DNA of 64,000 nucleotides from a virus (Duplodnaviria > Caudoviricetes). A program made the position numbers and the translations under genes. Where the stretch lies: IMG/VR virus record IMGVR_UViG_3300047160_005525, positions 1 to 64,000 of that record, one strand, 5' to 3'. Of the stretch, positions 38,517-48,334 are shown piece by piece; positions within the stretch are counted from its first letter, which is position 1; every line of letters starts with the position of its first letter. Under the pieces are notes generated by a model. It was not told where the DNA came from, searched no databases, and saw only the letters and a list, made by a program, of their open reading frames with translations.

Positions 38517-39602
38517 ATTCCTTGGGCAACTCCCACGCTCAGGACTGTTCGCAGCCTTGTTCGCGACTCCATTCGCGGCAACCTGCCAGGCGCGGATGCG
38601 AGTATTCCGAACAGCGTCCTTCGCGTCATGTCGGATGCGATGGGAGCGCTGTGTCACCTCACGCTTCAATTCATTGATTGGTTGGCGCTGCAGTTACTTC
38701 CAGACACTGCAGAACATGAGTGGCTAGATAGACACGGAGACATTTGGTTAACCAACTCCGATGGCACCACCGGTCGCAAGCTTGCAACGTTGGCGCAGGG
38801 GTCTGTTTCGCTCACTGGTCTTGGCGGCACGGTTGTTCCGATAGCCACACGGATGATGGCCTCAACGGGGGTCGAATATGAGACGGTGCAGCTAACCGTC
38901 ATTCTAGCTGATGCGCCGATTACTGTAGGCGCACGCGCGCTTGATCCAGGTTTGCTGGGCAATCTTAATCCTGGTGACCCTCTATCACTTTCAACTCCAA
39001 TTCCAGGTGTGGATAGCGCTGTGACCGTCGTGGAGATGGACGGCGGCACTGATGAGGAAACAGATGACGAGCTTCGCTTTCGTGTGCTCAAGAGAATTCG
39101 GCAGCCGCCTCAAGGTGGAGACAAAACGGACTATGAACAGTGGTGCCTCGCGGTGCCGGGCTGTACGAGAGCATGGGCAAGTCCATTAGAAATGGGGATG
39201 GGTACAGTCACGGTACGCGTGATGTTCGACGATCTGCGTGCTGCCTCAGGTGGCTTTCCGCTTCAGAGCGATTTGCTCACGGTGCAAAATTATCTCGACA
39301 CGGTGCGCCCGGTTTGCGTCAAGGATTATTGGGTGCTCTCACCGATCCCGCAGCGCGTTGATGTTCATATCAGCCGACTCGATCCCGACACGACGGCAGT
39401 ACGTGGCGCGATTGAGGAAAGCGTGCAGCAGATGCTGTTCGACAAAGCGATACCGGGGCAAACGATTTACGCGGCATGGAAGTCTTACGCCATCATGTCG
39501 GCACCTGCCGTCATCGCGTTCGACTTGGTGAACAATATCGATGACGTGATGCAATCGCCCGGCCACATGGCGGTGCTTGGCGATATTAATTACACAGTAT
39601 GA
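38517..39602 (+). CDS. baseplate J-like protein (Mu gp47), apparent ATT start
   Basis: ATT-CCT-TGG (xPWATPTLR); QLLPDTAEHEWLDRHG; DEETDDELRFRVLKRIRQPPQGGDKTDYEQW. Confidence 0.9.
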   Translation: MPWATPTLRTVRSLVRDSIRGNLPGADASIPNSVLRVMSDAMGALCHLTLQFIDWLALQLLPDTAEHEWLDRHGDIWLTNSDGTTGRKLATLAQGSVSLTGLGGTVVPIATRMMASTGVEYETVQLTVILADAPITVGARALDPGLLGNLNPGDPLSLSTPIPGVDSAVTVVEMDGGTDEETDDELRFRVLKRIRQPPQGGDKTDYEQWCLAVPGCTRAWASPLEMGMGTVTVRVMFDDLRAASGGFPLQSDLLTVQNYLDTVRPVCVKDYWVLSPIPQRVDVHISRLDPDTTAVRGAIEESVQQMLFDKAIPGQTIYAAWKSYAIMSAPAVIAFDLVNNIDDVMQSPGHMAVLGDINYTV

Positions 39603-40315
39603 CTACACAGCAACATAATTGGGATCATTACGTTCGGCGATCGGGCGCAGACTATGCACAGCAATTCTTAAGATTGCTGCCGACTGGGCAAGCATGGCCG
39701 AAAACGCCGGGTTCGATTCTAGAGCGTGTTTGCTATGGGCTCGCCGAGTATTGGGGCTTCGTCGATGCGCGCGCTGGCGATCTGCTAGAGCGCGAGAGCG
39801 ATCCACGCAAGACGATAGAGCTTCTGCCTGATTGGGAGAAAGCTTGGGGCCTGCCAGACCCATGCTTCCCGTCAGCGACGACGATCGGCGAACGTCAAAA
39901 AATGCTTGTCCTGTTCATGACGTGGATGGGAGGGCAAAGTCGAGATTATTTTAAGAGCGTCGCCGAGTTCGTCGGCTACACGATCGAGATCAAAGAATTC
40001 GCACCGTTCATGTGCGGGATTTCTCGCGCTGGTGATACACGCACGCCGCCGCCGGATTCGCCGATCACAGATCAGAATTTCCGTTGGTATATCGGAGGAC
40101 CCGAGCAGCGGTTCTACTGGGAAGTCAGCGTCGGCCAAGTTGGCTTGATTTGGTTTCGTGCATCGGCAGGGCAAGCCGGCGTTGATCATCACTTGGAGTT
40201 CGCTGTCCCGACAGAGTTCATCTGTCTGCTCGATCGCTGGAAGCCAGCGCACACTGTCATCGTTCCAGACTTCAGCAAACTTGCCTTTGGCGGGCCGATG
40301 CAGGGAACGCCATAA
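39599..40315 (+). CDS. baseplate/tail protein (Mu gp48, DUF2313-like)
   Basis: LLPTGQAWP, ESDPRKTIELLPDWEKAWGLPDPC, CLLDRWKPAHT. Confidence 0.88.
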   Translation: MTTQQHNWDHYVRRSGADYAQQFLRLLPTGQAWPKTPGSILERVCYGLAEYWGFVDARAGDLLERESDPRKTIELLPDWEKAWGLPDPCFPSATTIGERQKMLVLFMTWMGGQSRDYFKSVAEFVGYTIEIKEFAPFMCGISRAGDTRTPPPDSPITDQNFRWYIGGPEQRFYWEVSVGQVGLIWFRASAGQAGVDHHLEFAVPTEFICLLDRWKPAHTVIVPDFSKLAFGGPMQGTP

Positions 40316-40959
40316 TGAAGAAAGCGTATGTCTACGCGATCATTGTTGATGGAGTGATCCGCTACTTCGGCAAAGGTAGCGGCAACCGAAAACTCGCGCA
40401 TATGCGAATGGTGCGAAGCATCGCCCGTCGTCGCGCCGCTGGCGAAACAGTGCGTACTTCACATTTTTACAATCGATTGACAAAAGCATGGCTCGAAGGA
40501 GCAGAGATTGCAGAGATCATTCTCGTCGAAGGCTTGACTAATGAAGAGGCGTACGCGCGGGAGATCGCCGAGATAGCGGCTGCGCCACAAGGACAATTAT
40601 GGAATACGTGGCCCGGTGGAGAAGGTGGCGGCAAAGGTCATTCGCTATCGCTCGAACATAGACAGAAAATTGCTGAATCAAATCGAAAGACTTGGTCTGA
40701 TCCTGAAGTTTTGGCCAAACAATCTGAGCAGAAGAAAATACATTGGTTGCGACCGGAGTATCAAGCGCAATTAGTCGGTCGAAAATGGACGCCGGAAATG
40801 AAGCAAGAACTTTCTGATACACGAAAAGCGCAATGGGCTGATCCGGAATTCGAAGCGCGAATGCAGGCAAGCAAGCGATCAGCGCCAGAATTCCACGCAA
40901 AGCGCAGCGAAGAGCGGCGACGAAGCTGGGAAACTCGGCGTAAATCGAAAACAACATGA
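40315..40959 (+). mobile_element. GIY-YIG-like homing endonuclease with NUMOD3-like tail
   Basis: YVYAI...RYFGKGSGNR, LWNTWPGGEG, HSLSLEHRQKIAES. Confidence 0.7.
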
Positions 40960-40966
40960 GGATGAC

Positions 40967-42676
40967 ATGCGTTACGTTCAGCCGTGGGGAATAAGTGATC
41001 CCAATGCTAGCTACATAAACGGCGACCCATCCGTCGCGCGTCAAGGTTCGATTCCGCCAGCAGCTGCTTTCGAAAATCCGCAGCGGGAGTTGGTCTCGGT
41101 TATTACCAACAGCCAGATCGTGCCCGACGATGGCGATCTGCAGCAGGTGTCGAAGGGCACGCGCTCGCAGCGCATGAACTACTGCGAGGATACCGGATCG
41201 GTCGACAATCTATCGGTTGCGCTCGACCCTCCGCTCGCGGGCTACACCTTTGGTCTTCCGCTTCGCGTCAAGGTTCGCAACACGAACACCGGAGCGGCGA
41301 CAATTGACGCGGGCGCTGGTCGAGTGCCGATCAGGAAGCCAACCGGTGCCGAACTGAATGCCGGTGATGCTCCTGCTTTTGGTCTCATTGAGTTGGTCTA
41401 TGACGGTACTGTCTTTCAGATGATCAATTTCACTGGGGCTGTGCCCAGTGGTCCTCCTCAAACTTTTCTCTACAACATCCCATACTGCGTTGACGCATCG
41501 GTCACGCCGAATAGCGTCATCGCTAATTTCAGTCCGGCCATAACGGCGCTGTCGGCCGGCACGATCTTCATGGTCAAGATTGCCAATACCAGCAATGGAG
41601 CTACTGCAACCATCAACGTCAACGCTCTCGGCGACAAGCCGATCTTCGCTCAAGGCTGCAACGTGAATTGGCCGCTCCTCCCCGGTGATATGCAAGCGGG
41701 CGATGTTTTGATCTTCACGTACGACGGAACGCAATTTTGGGTCTATGGTAATCCGACTATCACCGAAAATGTCACGCTCAACGTATCAACTCTTGATCAG
41801 GCTAGAGACCTCTTCAGCGCGCTTGGTCGCAAGAGGGTTTCACTATCGGGTACCTTAACGATACTCCTGGCGACGGGTGCCTATCAGGGTTTCGATGCCA
41901 ACGGCGCTATTCTTACGACTTATCATCCTGATTCCGATCGCATCACGCTTGCCGGCACGATGCTGGGTGGTCAGGTCCCGCCGCCTGACGCCAGTGTCTT
42001 TCAGCGCAGCGGTTCTTCCGCCGCGGCGCGGGCAAACGATTCTGCGTACAACATCCAGATGCTGCGTGCGAGATACGGGACCGAATTCATGCTTGGCCCA
42101 AGTAGAGGCTATGGCATCACGCATGTCGGCCCTGGGACGATCAACGTAAGCAATATCTTGATCACCGGGCCGAACTACGAAGTTACGGGACAGTGTGGCT
42201 TCGGTGCTCTTTCAAATATGGCACCTAACGGTTGCAGCGTTTGGGGCATAGGCGACATTGGATTCGGCGCTTACGGCCCGGCGATCATGAATTGCACGAA
42301 TTGTCACGCAAGTTCGGTCGCCAATCGAGGCTTTGCGGCGACCGGAAATTCTCAGGTATTTCTTTCAGGCGGTAGTTCGCAAGGAAATGTCGCATCGGGC
42401 GTCGAGATTTCACACGGTGCCAGGGGCAGTAGTCATGCCATGGATTTGGTGAGCCTATCTCAAGGCTTTCAGGCCAGTTGCAACGGCAGTTATGGAATCA
42501 GTGTTCAATCCGGCTTCATGTTGGCGGTCTATGCTACGGTTGTCGCCAACGGATCAATCGACATGTACGCGTTTAATGGAGGGACGGCTGCAGAGTTGTA
42601 CTGCACTATCGGCACTGTGTCGCCGGCCTGGGGTGCTGAAGGCAACCTGAACTCGATCGCAATATACTACGGCTAA
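40967..42676 (+). CDS. tail fibre protein
   Basis: YINGDPSVARQGSIPPAAAFENPQRE N-terminus; beta-helix-like C-terminus. Confidence 0.8.
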   Translation: MRYVQPWGISDPNASYINGDPSVARQGSIPPAAAFENPQRELVSVITNSQIVPDDGDLQQVSKGTRSQRMNYCEDTGSVDNLSVALDPPLAGYTFGLPLRVKVRNTNTGAATIDAGAGRVPIRKPTGAELNAGDAPAFGLIELVYDGTVFQMINFTGAVPSGPPQTFLYNIPYCVDASVTPNSVIANFSPAITALSAGTIFMVKIANTSNGATATINVNALGDKPIFAQGCNVNWPLLPGDMQAGDVLIFTYDGTQFWVYGNPTITENVTLNVSTLDQARDLFSALGRKRVSLSGTLTILLATGAYQGFDANGAILTTYHPDSDRITLAGTMLGGQVPPPDASVFQRSGSSAAARANDSAYNIQMLRARYGTEFMLGPSRGYGITHVGPGTINVSNILITGPNYEVTGQCGFGALSNMAPNGCSVWGIGDIGFGAYGPAIMNCTNCHASSVANRGFAATGNSQVFLSGGSSQGNVASGVEISHGARGSSHAMDLVSLSQGFQASCNGSYGISVQSGFMLAVYATVVANGSIDMYAFNGGTAAELYCTIGTVSPAWGAEGNLNSIAIYYG

Positions 42677-42679
42677 TAG

Positions 42680-43177
42680 GTGAAGGAAGATCAAATGCAG
42701 AATGTCCAGGTCTTCATCAAATCGGAAGAACTCGGTGCCGCTAATCCGTCAGTGATTGCTTATTATCCTACAGATCGCGCGGTTCCGAAGAATACGCATG
42801 GCGAGGGGATGTCCGTTTATGTTCTGCCAAGTGAAGCAATAAAGCAGCCTTCGTATGGTGGTGGCGGGCCGACGCTGGTCGACAATTGGCAGAACTATCT
42901 TCCGGTGTCGTTGACCAGCGAGGCGGCATTACGGATCGAGGGGACGTTTCCGCTTTCGGAGCAAGTTGCCAGTCTTCATCAGACAATCGAGTACATGCAG
43001 AAATACGGCGCTGATCCATCGAAGTGGCCGCTTGATGCGAGGCAGCAAGAGGCCGCGCTCGATCCGAAGTGGGACTACGTCGATGCCGTAAACGAAAGCG
43101 CAAAAAAATACGCTACGGCGCGCCCGTATGATTTATCTAGCGACAAAGTCTGGCCGACTCCGCCGCCGAAGAAATGA
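42680..43177 (+). CDS. tail fibre-associated protein
   Basis: Synteny; probable ATG at 42695. Confidence 0.55.
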   Translation: MKEDQMQNVQVFIKSEELGAANPSVIAYYPTDRAVPKNTHGEGMSVYVLPSEAIKQPSYGGGGPTLVDNWQNYLPVSLTSEAALRIEGTFPLSEQVASLHQTIEYMQKYGADPSKWPLDARQQEAALDPKWDYVDAVNESAKKYATARPYDLSSDKVWPTPPPKK

Positions 43178-43186
43178 GTTGTCGCG

Positions 43187-43594
43187 ATGACTAACATTCT
43201 AGCGATGCCGCTGGTCGATCTTAAGGTCCAAACCAGCAACAACGAGGATTGGATCGATTCGATTGTGTATTATGTCGATACTGGCGTCACTCCGCCAACT
43301 GACCAACTTGACATCCGGGGCATCATTTTCGAGATGGAGGTTCGTCGCTCAGCGACCGACCATGAGGTTGTATTATCGGCATCAACCGAGAACGGCACGA
43401 TCGAAGTTGGGATGCCGCCGGACTTCGGCTTTTTTCTGTTCCAAATTCCGGTTACGCAGATGGTCAATTTGCCCGCTGCTGACACCTATGTCGGCGACAT
43501 CGTCGGCAGAGACATGTTTTTCACACGCCAGATCATGACGATCGAACTAACCATCATCGAAGGCATAACCAAGCAACCGGTTGTGTTAGATTAA
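43187..43594 (+). CDS. BppU-N-like adaptor protein
   Basis: LDIRGIIFEMEVRRS..VVLSASTENG..YVGDIV pattern. Confidence 0.55.
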   Translation: MTNILAMPLVDLKVQTSNNEDWIDSIVYYVDTGVTPPTDQLDIRGIIFEMEVRRSATDHEVVLSASTENGTIEVGMPPDFGFFLFQIPVTQMVNLPAADTYVGDIVGRDMFFTRQIMTIELTIIEGITKQPVVLD

Positions 43595-43595
43595 G

Positions 43596-45593
43596 ATGGC
43601 AACTAAGAGCACGATTACTCCTGCCCCAACGCCAGCGACGATTGTTGTCGCAGCGCCCTATGGCGCGGAGGGTCCGCTCATCGCGGGCACGAGCCAGACG
43701 CCGAATCCGGTTGATACGCTCTCAGCCAAGTCGTTCACGATCAATGAGTACAATCGTAGTTTCTATCTCAACACACGACTGCGCGCGACCGCGGTCGGCT
43801 TCAGCGATACTTTCTTTGAAGGGCTGGTGACAGCTTGGGACGGTCAGATTGTTACCATCCTTCCTGATCTCGCACACAATCCGAGCGCCACGATCTATTC
43901 GAACTGGAACCTCAACGTCGCTGGTCAACCGGGCATACAGGGGATACAGGGACCGGTTGGAGCGGAAGGACCGTCGGGCGGACCAGTGGGGCCGCAGGGA
44001 CCTCCTGGAGTGCCAGGCGCGGTTTGGCGCAATGGCACTGGTGCGCCTGCCAACTCGCTCGGTGCGGATGGTGATTATTATTTGCAAGACGACACTGGCG
44101 ACGTCTGGCTGCGAGCAGTGTCGATCTATTCGATCGTCGCCAACATTCATGGTGCCGCTGGCGCAACTGGTGCCGTGGGTCCGATTGGACCGCAGGGACC
44201 GCAAGGCATCATCGAGGAGGCTCCGACCGATGGTGGCTTCTACGCTCGGCAGAATGCCAAATGGGCGTCGCCACCCGGTGGTGGCAACGTCAGCGCAGGT
44301 GGCACGCCGACCGCTGGGCAGCTTGCGCAGTGGAGCAGTCCCAACACAATCATCGGCATCACGTCGACCTACGGCAACGTCTCGGCCACTGGCACGCCAA
44401 CGGTCAATCAATGGGCGCAGTGGACCGACGCGACGCATGTTCAAGGTGTAGCTACGGGCGCAACGCCATGGGTGCAAAAAGCCGGCGACTCGATGTCCGG
44501 CGATCTCGTCATCTCAAAAGCTAATCCTCTGCTGGACTTGAGAAAGACTGCGGCGGGGCAAACTTGTCAGATTTTCGGTCGAAACGGCACCAGCTTACGA
44601 TGGAATCTCAATTTTGCAGACGTTACGGCAGAGAGCGGCGGTAACGCCGGCTCCGATTTCACGCTTAATGCTTATGACGACACCGGAAATTATTTGTCGA
44701 GTCCGCTGCAGATCATGCGCAGCAATGGCTTCGCTCAGGTCGTCGGCGATCCCATTTGGCCACTCGGCATAGCCACCAAGCAATATGTTGATTCTGTCAG
44801 GCAATATTATGATTCTGCACCGCATTGCGGGCTTCTGACTCTTTTCAGCATCACGCAACTCAAATTTGCGCCGTTCAACGGCAACAAGATTAAGATCAAC
44901 GGTACGATCTATGATATTCCGCCGACCGGTATCGCCGGTCTGACCATTACTGGCGTCTACCTCGACGGTATTGCAAACCAGGTTCTCGCGGCAAATACGA
45001 CATATCTGGTTTTTGCTTTTTTAGTCGGATCAACGATAACAGCAGATTTTCGCACTGCAGCTTCTCACGCAACTAGCCCGACAGCAGGCAACGTTGGCAC
45101 CGAGGTCATGTATTACAGTCCAAATTATTACGATACTGAGACTTTGATTGGCATCGTCCGAACTACTACAAGCCCAATCAATTTCGCTGATAGCCCAACT
45201 CAGCGCTTCGTGCGCTCTTGGTTTAATCGAAATAGATTGTATTGTGAAGGGGTGCCGCTAAGTGGTATGGCAACGTCTTATACCGTAGACTATAGTCCAC
45301 TGGGTAGCACTGTCGAATGGGTTAATTTCTCTGATGACGCAATCGAAATTAAATGTCCAGGATTTGCCGATAATAATAATACGGGTGGTGGCGTGGACTA
45401 CGTTTGTGCCTGGGTTGATGGCATTGTTCAGGGTCAAGCCATTTATGTCTTTAGTCGTGTTAATCAATGGGCAAGCTTTGCGCCAACTTTTATCGCTAAT
45501 CTTGCTGAAGGGTATCATTCGGGAGACTTGAGTGCTTTTGTCTCTGCGGGCACTGGGCGTTTCTATGGAACAACATATGTTACTATCGGATGA
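43596..45593 (+). CDS. fibre protein with short collagen tracts and foldon-like motif
   Basis: GPQGPPG, GADGDYYL, EEAPTDGGFYARQNAKW, WVQKAGDSMSGDL. Confidence 0.75.
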   Translation: MATKSTITPAPTPATIVVAAPYGAEGPLIAGTSQTPNPVDTLSAKSFTINEYNRSFYLNTRLRATAVGFSDTFFEGLVTAWDGQIVTILPDLAHNPSATIYSNWNLNVAGQPGIQGIQGPVGAEGPSGGPVGPQGPPGVPGAVWRNGTGAPANSLGADGDYYLQDDTGDVWLRAVSIYSIVANIHGAAGATGAVGPIGPQGPQGIIEEAPTDGGFYARQNAKWASPPGGGNVSAGGTPTAGQLAQWSSPNTIIGITSTYGNVSATGTPTVNQWAQWTDATHVQGVATGATPWVQKAGDSMSGDLVISKANPLLDLRKTAAGQTCQIFGRNGTSLRWNLNFADVTAESGGNAGSDFTLNAYDDTGNYLSSPLQIMRSNGFAQVVGDPIWPLGIATKQYVDSVRQYYDSAPHCGLLTLFSITQLKFAPFNGNKIKINGTIYDIPPTGIAGLTITGVYLDGIANQVLAANTTYLVFAFLVGSTITADFRTAASHATSPTAGNVGTEVMYYSPNYYDTETLIGIVRTTTSPINFADSPTQRFVRSWFNRNRLYCEGVPLSGMATSYTVDYSPLGSTVEWVNFSDDAIEIKCPGFADNNNTGGGVDYVCAWVDGIVQGQAIYVFSRVNQWASFAPTFIANLAEGYHSGDLSAFVSAGTGRFYGTTYVTIG

Positions 45594-45602
45594 TGCGCGC
45601 TG

Positions 45603-45980
45603 ATGCGCGACTGGATCGACAGTCATCCCTATGTCACGTTCTTCCTGCTTATCTGTGTGCTGCTTGCGGCCGGCGTGCTCGGCTATCTAGCGTCGACGTC
45701 AGGAGCGCGCGGGCAGGGAGCGGACAGTCCTAATATTCTTCCGCCGAGAGGGACCTTCATTGGCAAGCAGACGCCTTATGATCGGCATCTCATTGAATTG
45801 GATAAAGTTGCTTTAGATGCGGCCTACGTGGACCAACTTCAGAGACTCTTCTCAGTGTGGATGAAAGATGACTCGAACCAGCCCGACCGGGCGATCAAGG
45901 GTGCGCAACAAGCACGCAGGGCGTTTATTTTAGTTATGGAGCAGATAGAGAAACGCGAACGGGATTTGCCGCCGCCATGA
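45603..45980 (+). CDS. membrane-anchored protein of the lysis region
   Basis: Single N-terminal TM helix. Confidence 0.65.
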   Translation: MRDWIDSHPYVTFFLLICVLLAAGVLGYLASTSGARGQGADSPNILPPRGTFIGKQTPYDRHLIELDKVALDAAYVDQLQRLFSVWMKDDSNQPDRAIKGAQQARRAFILVMEQIEKRERDLPPP

Positions 45981-46005
45981 TCTCTTCCACCTAAGCTGCA
46001 AGTAG

Positions 46006-46197
46006 ATGCGTAAGCTTTTAGACGAAGCCTTGAATGACGCCTTCAAAGTGCAGTTCAATAACTTGTTCAATGTTCTTTGCGCAGCCCCAGATCATGATCC
46101 GGCAATTCAACGATTTCATCGCGGTTTAAAAAGGGCCGTTGAGATGCGCCGTCATGCCACGAGGGTTATCGAGCACATGCTTGAGGAAACCAAATGA
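46006..46197 (+). CDS. hypothetical protein
   Basis: Coupled to the endolysin; resembles the C-terminal half of the upstream gene. Confidence 0.55.
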   Translation: MRKLLDEALNDAFKVQFNNLFNVLCAAPDHDPAIQRFHRGLKRAVEMRRHATRVIEHMLEETK

Positions 46198-47798
46198 TCA
46201 TCGCGCTGAGTTCAGGCCATGCTCGTGATTGCCCAGGCGCTTCGGACATCATCGATGAGGTCACGGAGGCGCGACGCGTGGTCGAGCGTACAGCGCAATA
46301 TCTTCGCACCGCTGGCATCGATGTCCGCGTTTTCCATGACAACGAATCGACATCTCAGGACGAGAATCTAGACGCCATCATTGACTGGACGAATGCCCAA
46401 GATGCCGATCTCGCGGTCTCGATTCATTTCAATTCGAACGGGACCACGTCTCAGCCGGTCGGTACTGAATGTTGGTACAAGACGCAACGAGAGTTAGCGG
46501 CTGACGTCGCTGCCGAGATTGCTATATCTTCAGGGCTTATCGATCGAGGCGGCAAACAGACCGATTCTTTGGCATTTTTGAATGGGACCGAAGCTCCAGC
46601 GATCTTGGTAGAGGTCTGTTTCGTAAATTCACAGGCGGACTGCACAACCTATCGACAGAAATTCGATGACGTTTGTCGCGCTCTCGCCGGTGCGATATCG
46701 AGCGAGACAATCCCGCCGAGCGAGCCGGGTGAACGTGCCCCGCGTCCTGAATGGCCGCAATTCCCCGAAGCGCCAGAGGGACCACCATGGGACAGCAGAC
46801 CTGAAGAAGTTCCGATCGAGGATCGACCGACACTACGGCGCGGCGATGAAGGCCCTCATGTGCTCGACATGCAGCGCATGATCCCGCGGTTCACCGGTGA
46901 CTTCGACGGCGACTTTGGACCGACGACGGAAGACAATGTTCTGCGCTATCAGGACTCGCGCGGGCTCGATGCTGATGGCATCTGCGGGCCGATTATGTGG
47001 GAGGCGCTGTACACGCACAAGCTTCCTGTGCCGCCTCCGCCGGCTCCGCCTGGTGCGCTTACGCCCGAGCAGCAGGTCGTGATCATGCGGCTCGCGAACG
47101 ATTCTGCGATTGCTGATTACTATTGGCAGGATCGTGGTATTGCGCCAAACGGTTGGATCACTGGCATGGCATTGGCGTTCGGGCAAACTTACAAGAAATG
47201 GAAGGTTGGTCATCCGGCTGCACTCGAGATGGCGAAAGCGCGCATGGACACCGACAAGGACGTGCTCAATCTCTATCGCGATGAGTTCGAGCAGCTTGGT
47301 ATGCCAAATGAAGATGATGGGGCTGATACGTTGCGGCATCTCTTTGCCCTTCTTATCGGGCACGGCATGAGAGAGAGTTCGGGCGCCTACTGCGAAGGTC
47401 GAGACATGAGCGCCGACAATGTCGAAAGCGATACGGCTGAAGCTGGCGCCTTCCAGACTTCATACAACGCGCACACCGCGAGCGATCCGGAATTCGACAA
47501 CCTGATGGATGAATATCTGCACGGTCTATCGCCGGGTTATGAAGATGCTTTCTCGGAGGGCGTATCATGTTCGTCGGACGATTGGGAAAATTACGGCAGT
47601 CCAGAAGAGCGTGGCTATCAATTTCAGCGGCTGAGCAAAGACGCACCTGCGATGGCTGCCGAGCACTGCGCACTTACCTCACGAAATCTCGCGAATCATT
47701 ACGGGCCTTATCTGCGTCACGAGACCGAACTCAAGGAGGACGCAGATAACATGCTTGAGGCTGTGGCGGCTTATCTTGACGAAACCGAGCAAGCATGA
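46194..47798 (+). CDS. endolysin: N-acetylmuramoyl-L-alanine amidase (Amidase_3) + peptidoglycan-binding domain + C-terminal domain
   Basis: SSGH..DEVTE, VSIHFNS, ILVEVCFVNS; DGDFGPTTEDNVLRYQDSRGLDADGICG. Confidence 0.92.
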   Translation: MIIALSSGHARDCPGASDIIDEVTEARRVVERTAQYLRTAGIDVRVFHDNESTSQDENLDAIIDWTNAQDADLAVSIHFNSNGTTSQPVGTECWYKTQRELAADVAAEIAISSGLIDRGGKQTDSLAFLNGTEAPAILVEVCFVNSQADCTTYRQKFDDVCRALAGAISSETIPPSEPGERAPRPEWPQFPEAPEGPPWDSRPEEVPIEDRPTLRRGDEGPHVLDMQRMIPRFTGDFDGDFGPTTEDNVLRYQDSRGLDADGICGPIMWEALYTHKLPVPPPPAPPGALTPEQQVVIMRLANDSAIADYYWQDRGIAPNGWITGMALAFGQTYKKWKVGHPAALEMAKARMDTDKDVLNLYRDEFEQLGMPNEDDGADTLRHLFALLIGHGMRESSGAYCEGRDMSADNVESDTAEAGAFQTSYNAHTASDPEFDNLMDEYLHGLSPGYEDAFSEGVSCSSDDWENYGSPEERGYQFQRLSKDAPAMAAEHCALTSRNLANHYGPYLRHETELKEDADNMLEAVAAYLDETEQA

Positions 47799-47911
47799 GA
47801 AACGGCCGCCCATTTTGTGACGACCGTTTCTCCCCTGCCATGCCTTACCGGGCCATGCCGCGCCCCGCCAGACCGGACCTTGCCACGCCCAACCGGGCCA
47901 TGCCGCGCCCT
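47797..47911 (-). ncRNA. GGY/NN pentamer-array cassette C (15 units)
   Basis: Hairpin 47797-47832; units 47837-47911; NN code matches the endolysin at 47136-47174. Confidence 0.82.
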
Positions 47912-48231
47912 GGCTAGCGACCTGGCGTTTTAGCGCTCGGTCGCTGCGACATCTTATCATCATTTACGTTTTAGAAAGTGAGCCGCCGCCGAGTGAGCCG
48001 AAGGTGGGTTAGCGTCGAGTTCGCAATCACGCCGGCAATGCTTGCAGCAGCGACAGTTCTTTTTTGGCTTGAGCGGACACGAGCGCGGCAGCACCGAATT
48101 TCGGAGCTTGCATTGCGGGCAGGATTTCGCGACGGGCGGCATGGAAATGGCAATATCAGACATGCGCAACGACTGAATTATTTAACTTCGCAACTCAATT
48201 AAATAATTTCGTAATTCACAGGAGGGATCAA

Positions 48232-48333
48232 ATGACTGAAGAACAAATGAATGCCGCCAAGATCGCCGGCGTTGTTGCCTTGATTGTTATAGCGGTCGCG
48301 CTGTTTGGTTGGCTGATGGGCTGGTGGGGCTAA
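48232..48333 (+). CDS. 33-aa single-TM peptide
   Basis: AGGAGG RBS; MTEEQMNAAKIAGVVALIVIAVALFGWLMGWWG. Confidence 0.7.
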   Translation: MTEEQMNAAKIAGVVALIVIAVALFGWLMGWWG

Positions 48334-48334
48334 C

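Noticed and set aside
40967-45593. Diversity-generating retroelement or invertible fibre cassette
   Set aside because: No reverse transcriptase, template/variable repeat pair or invertase is present.
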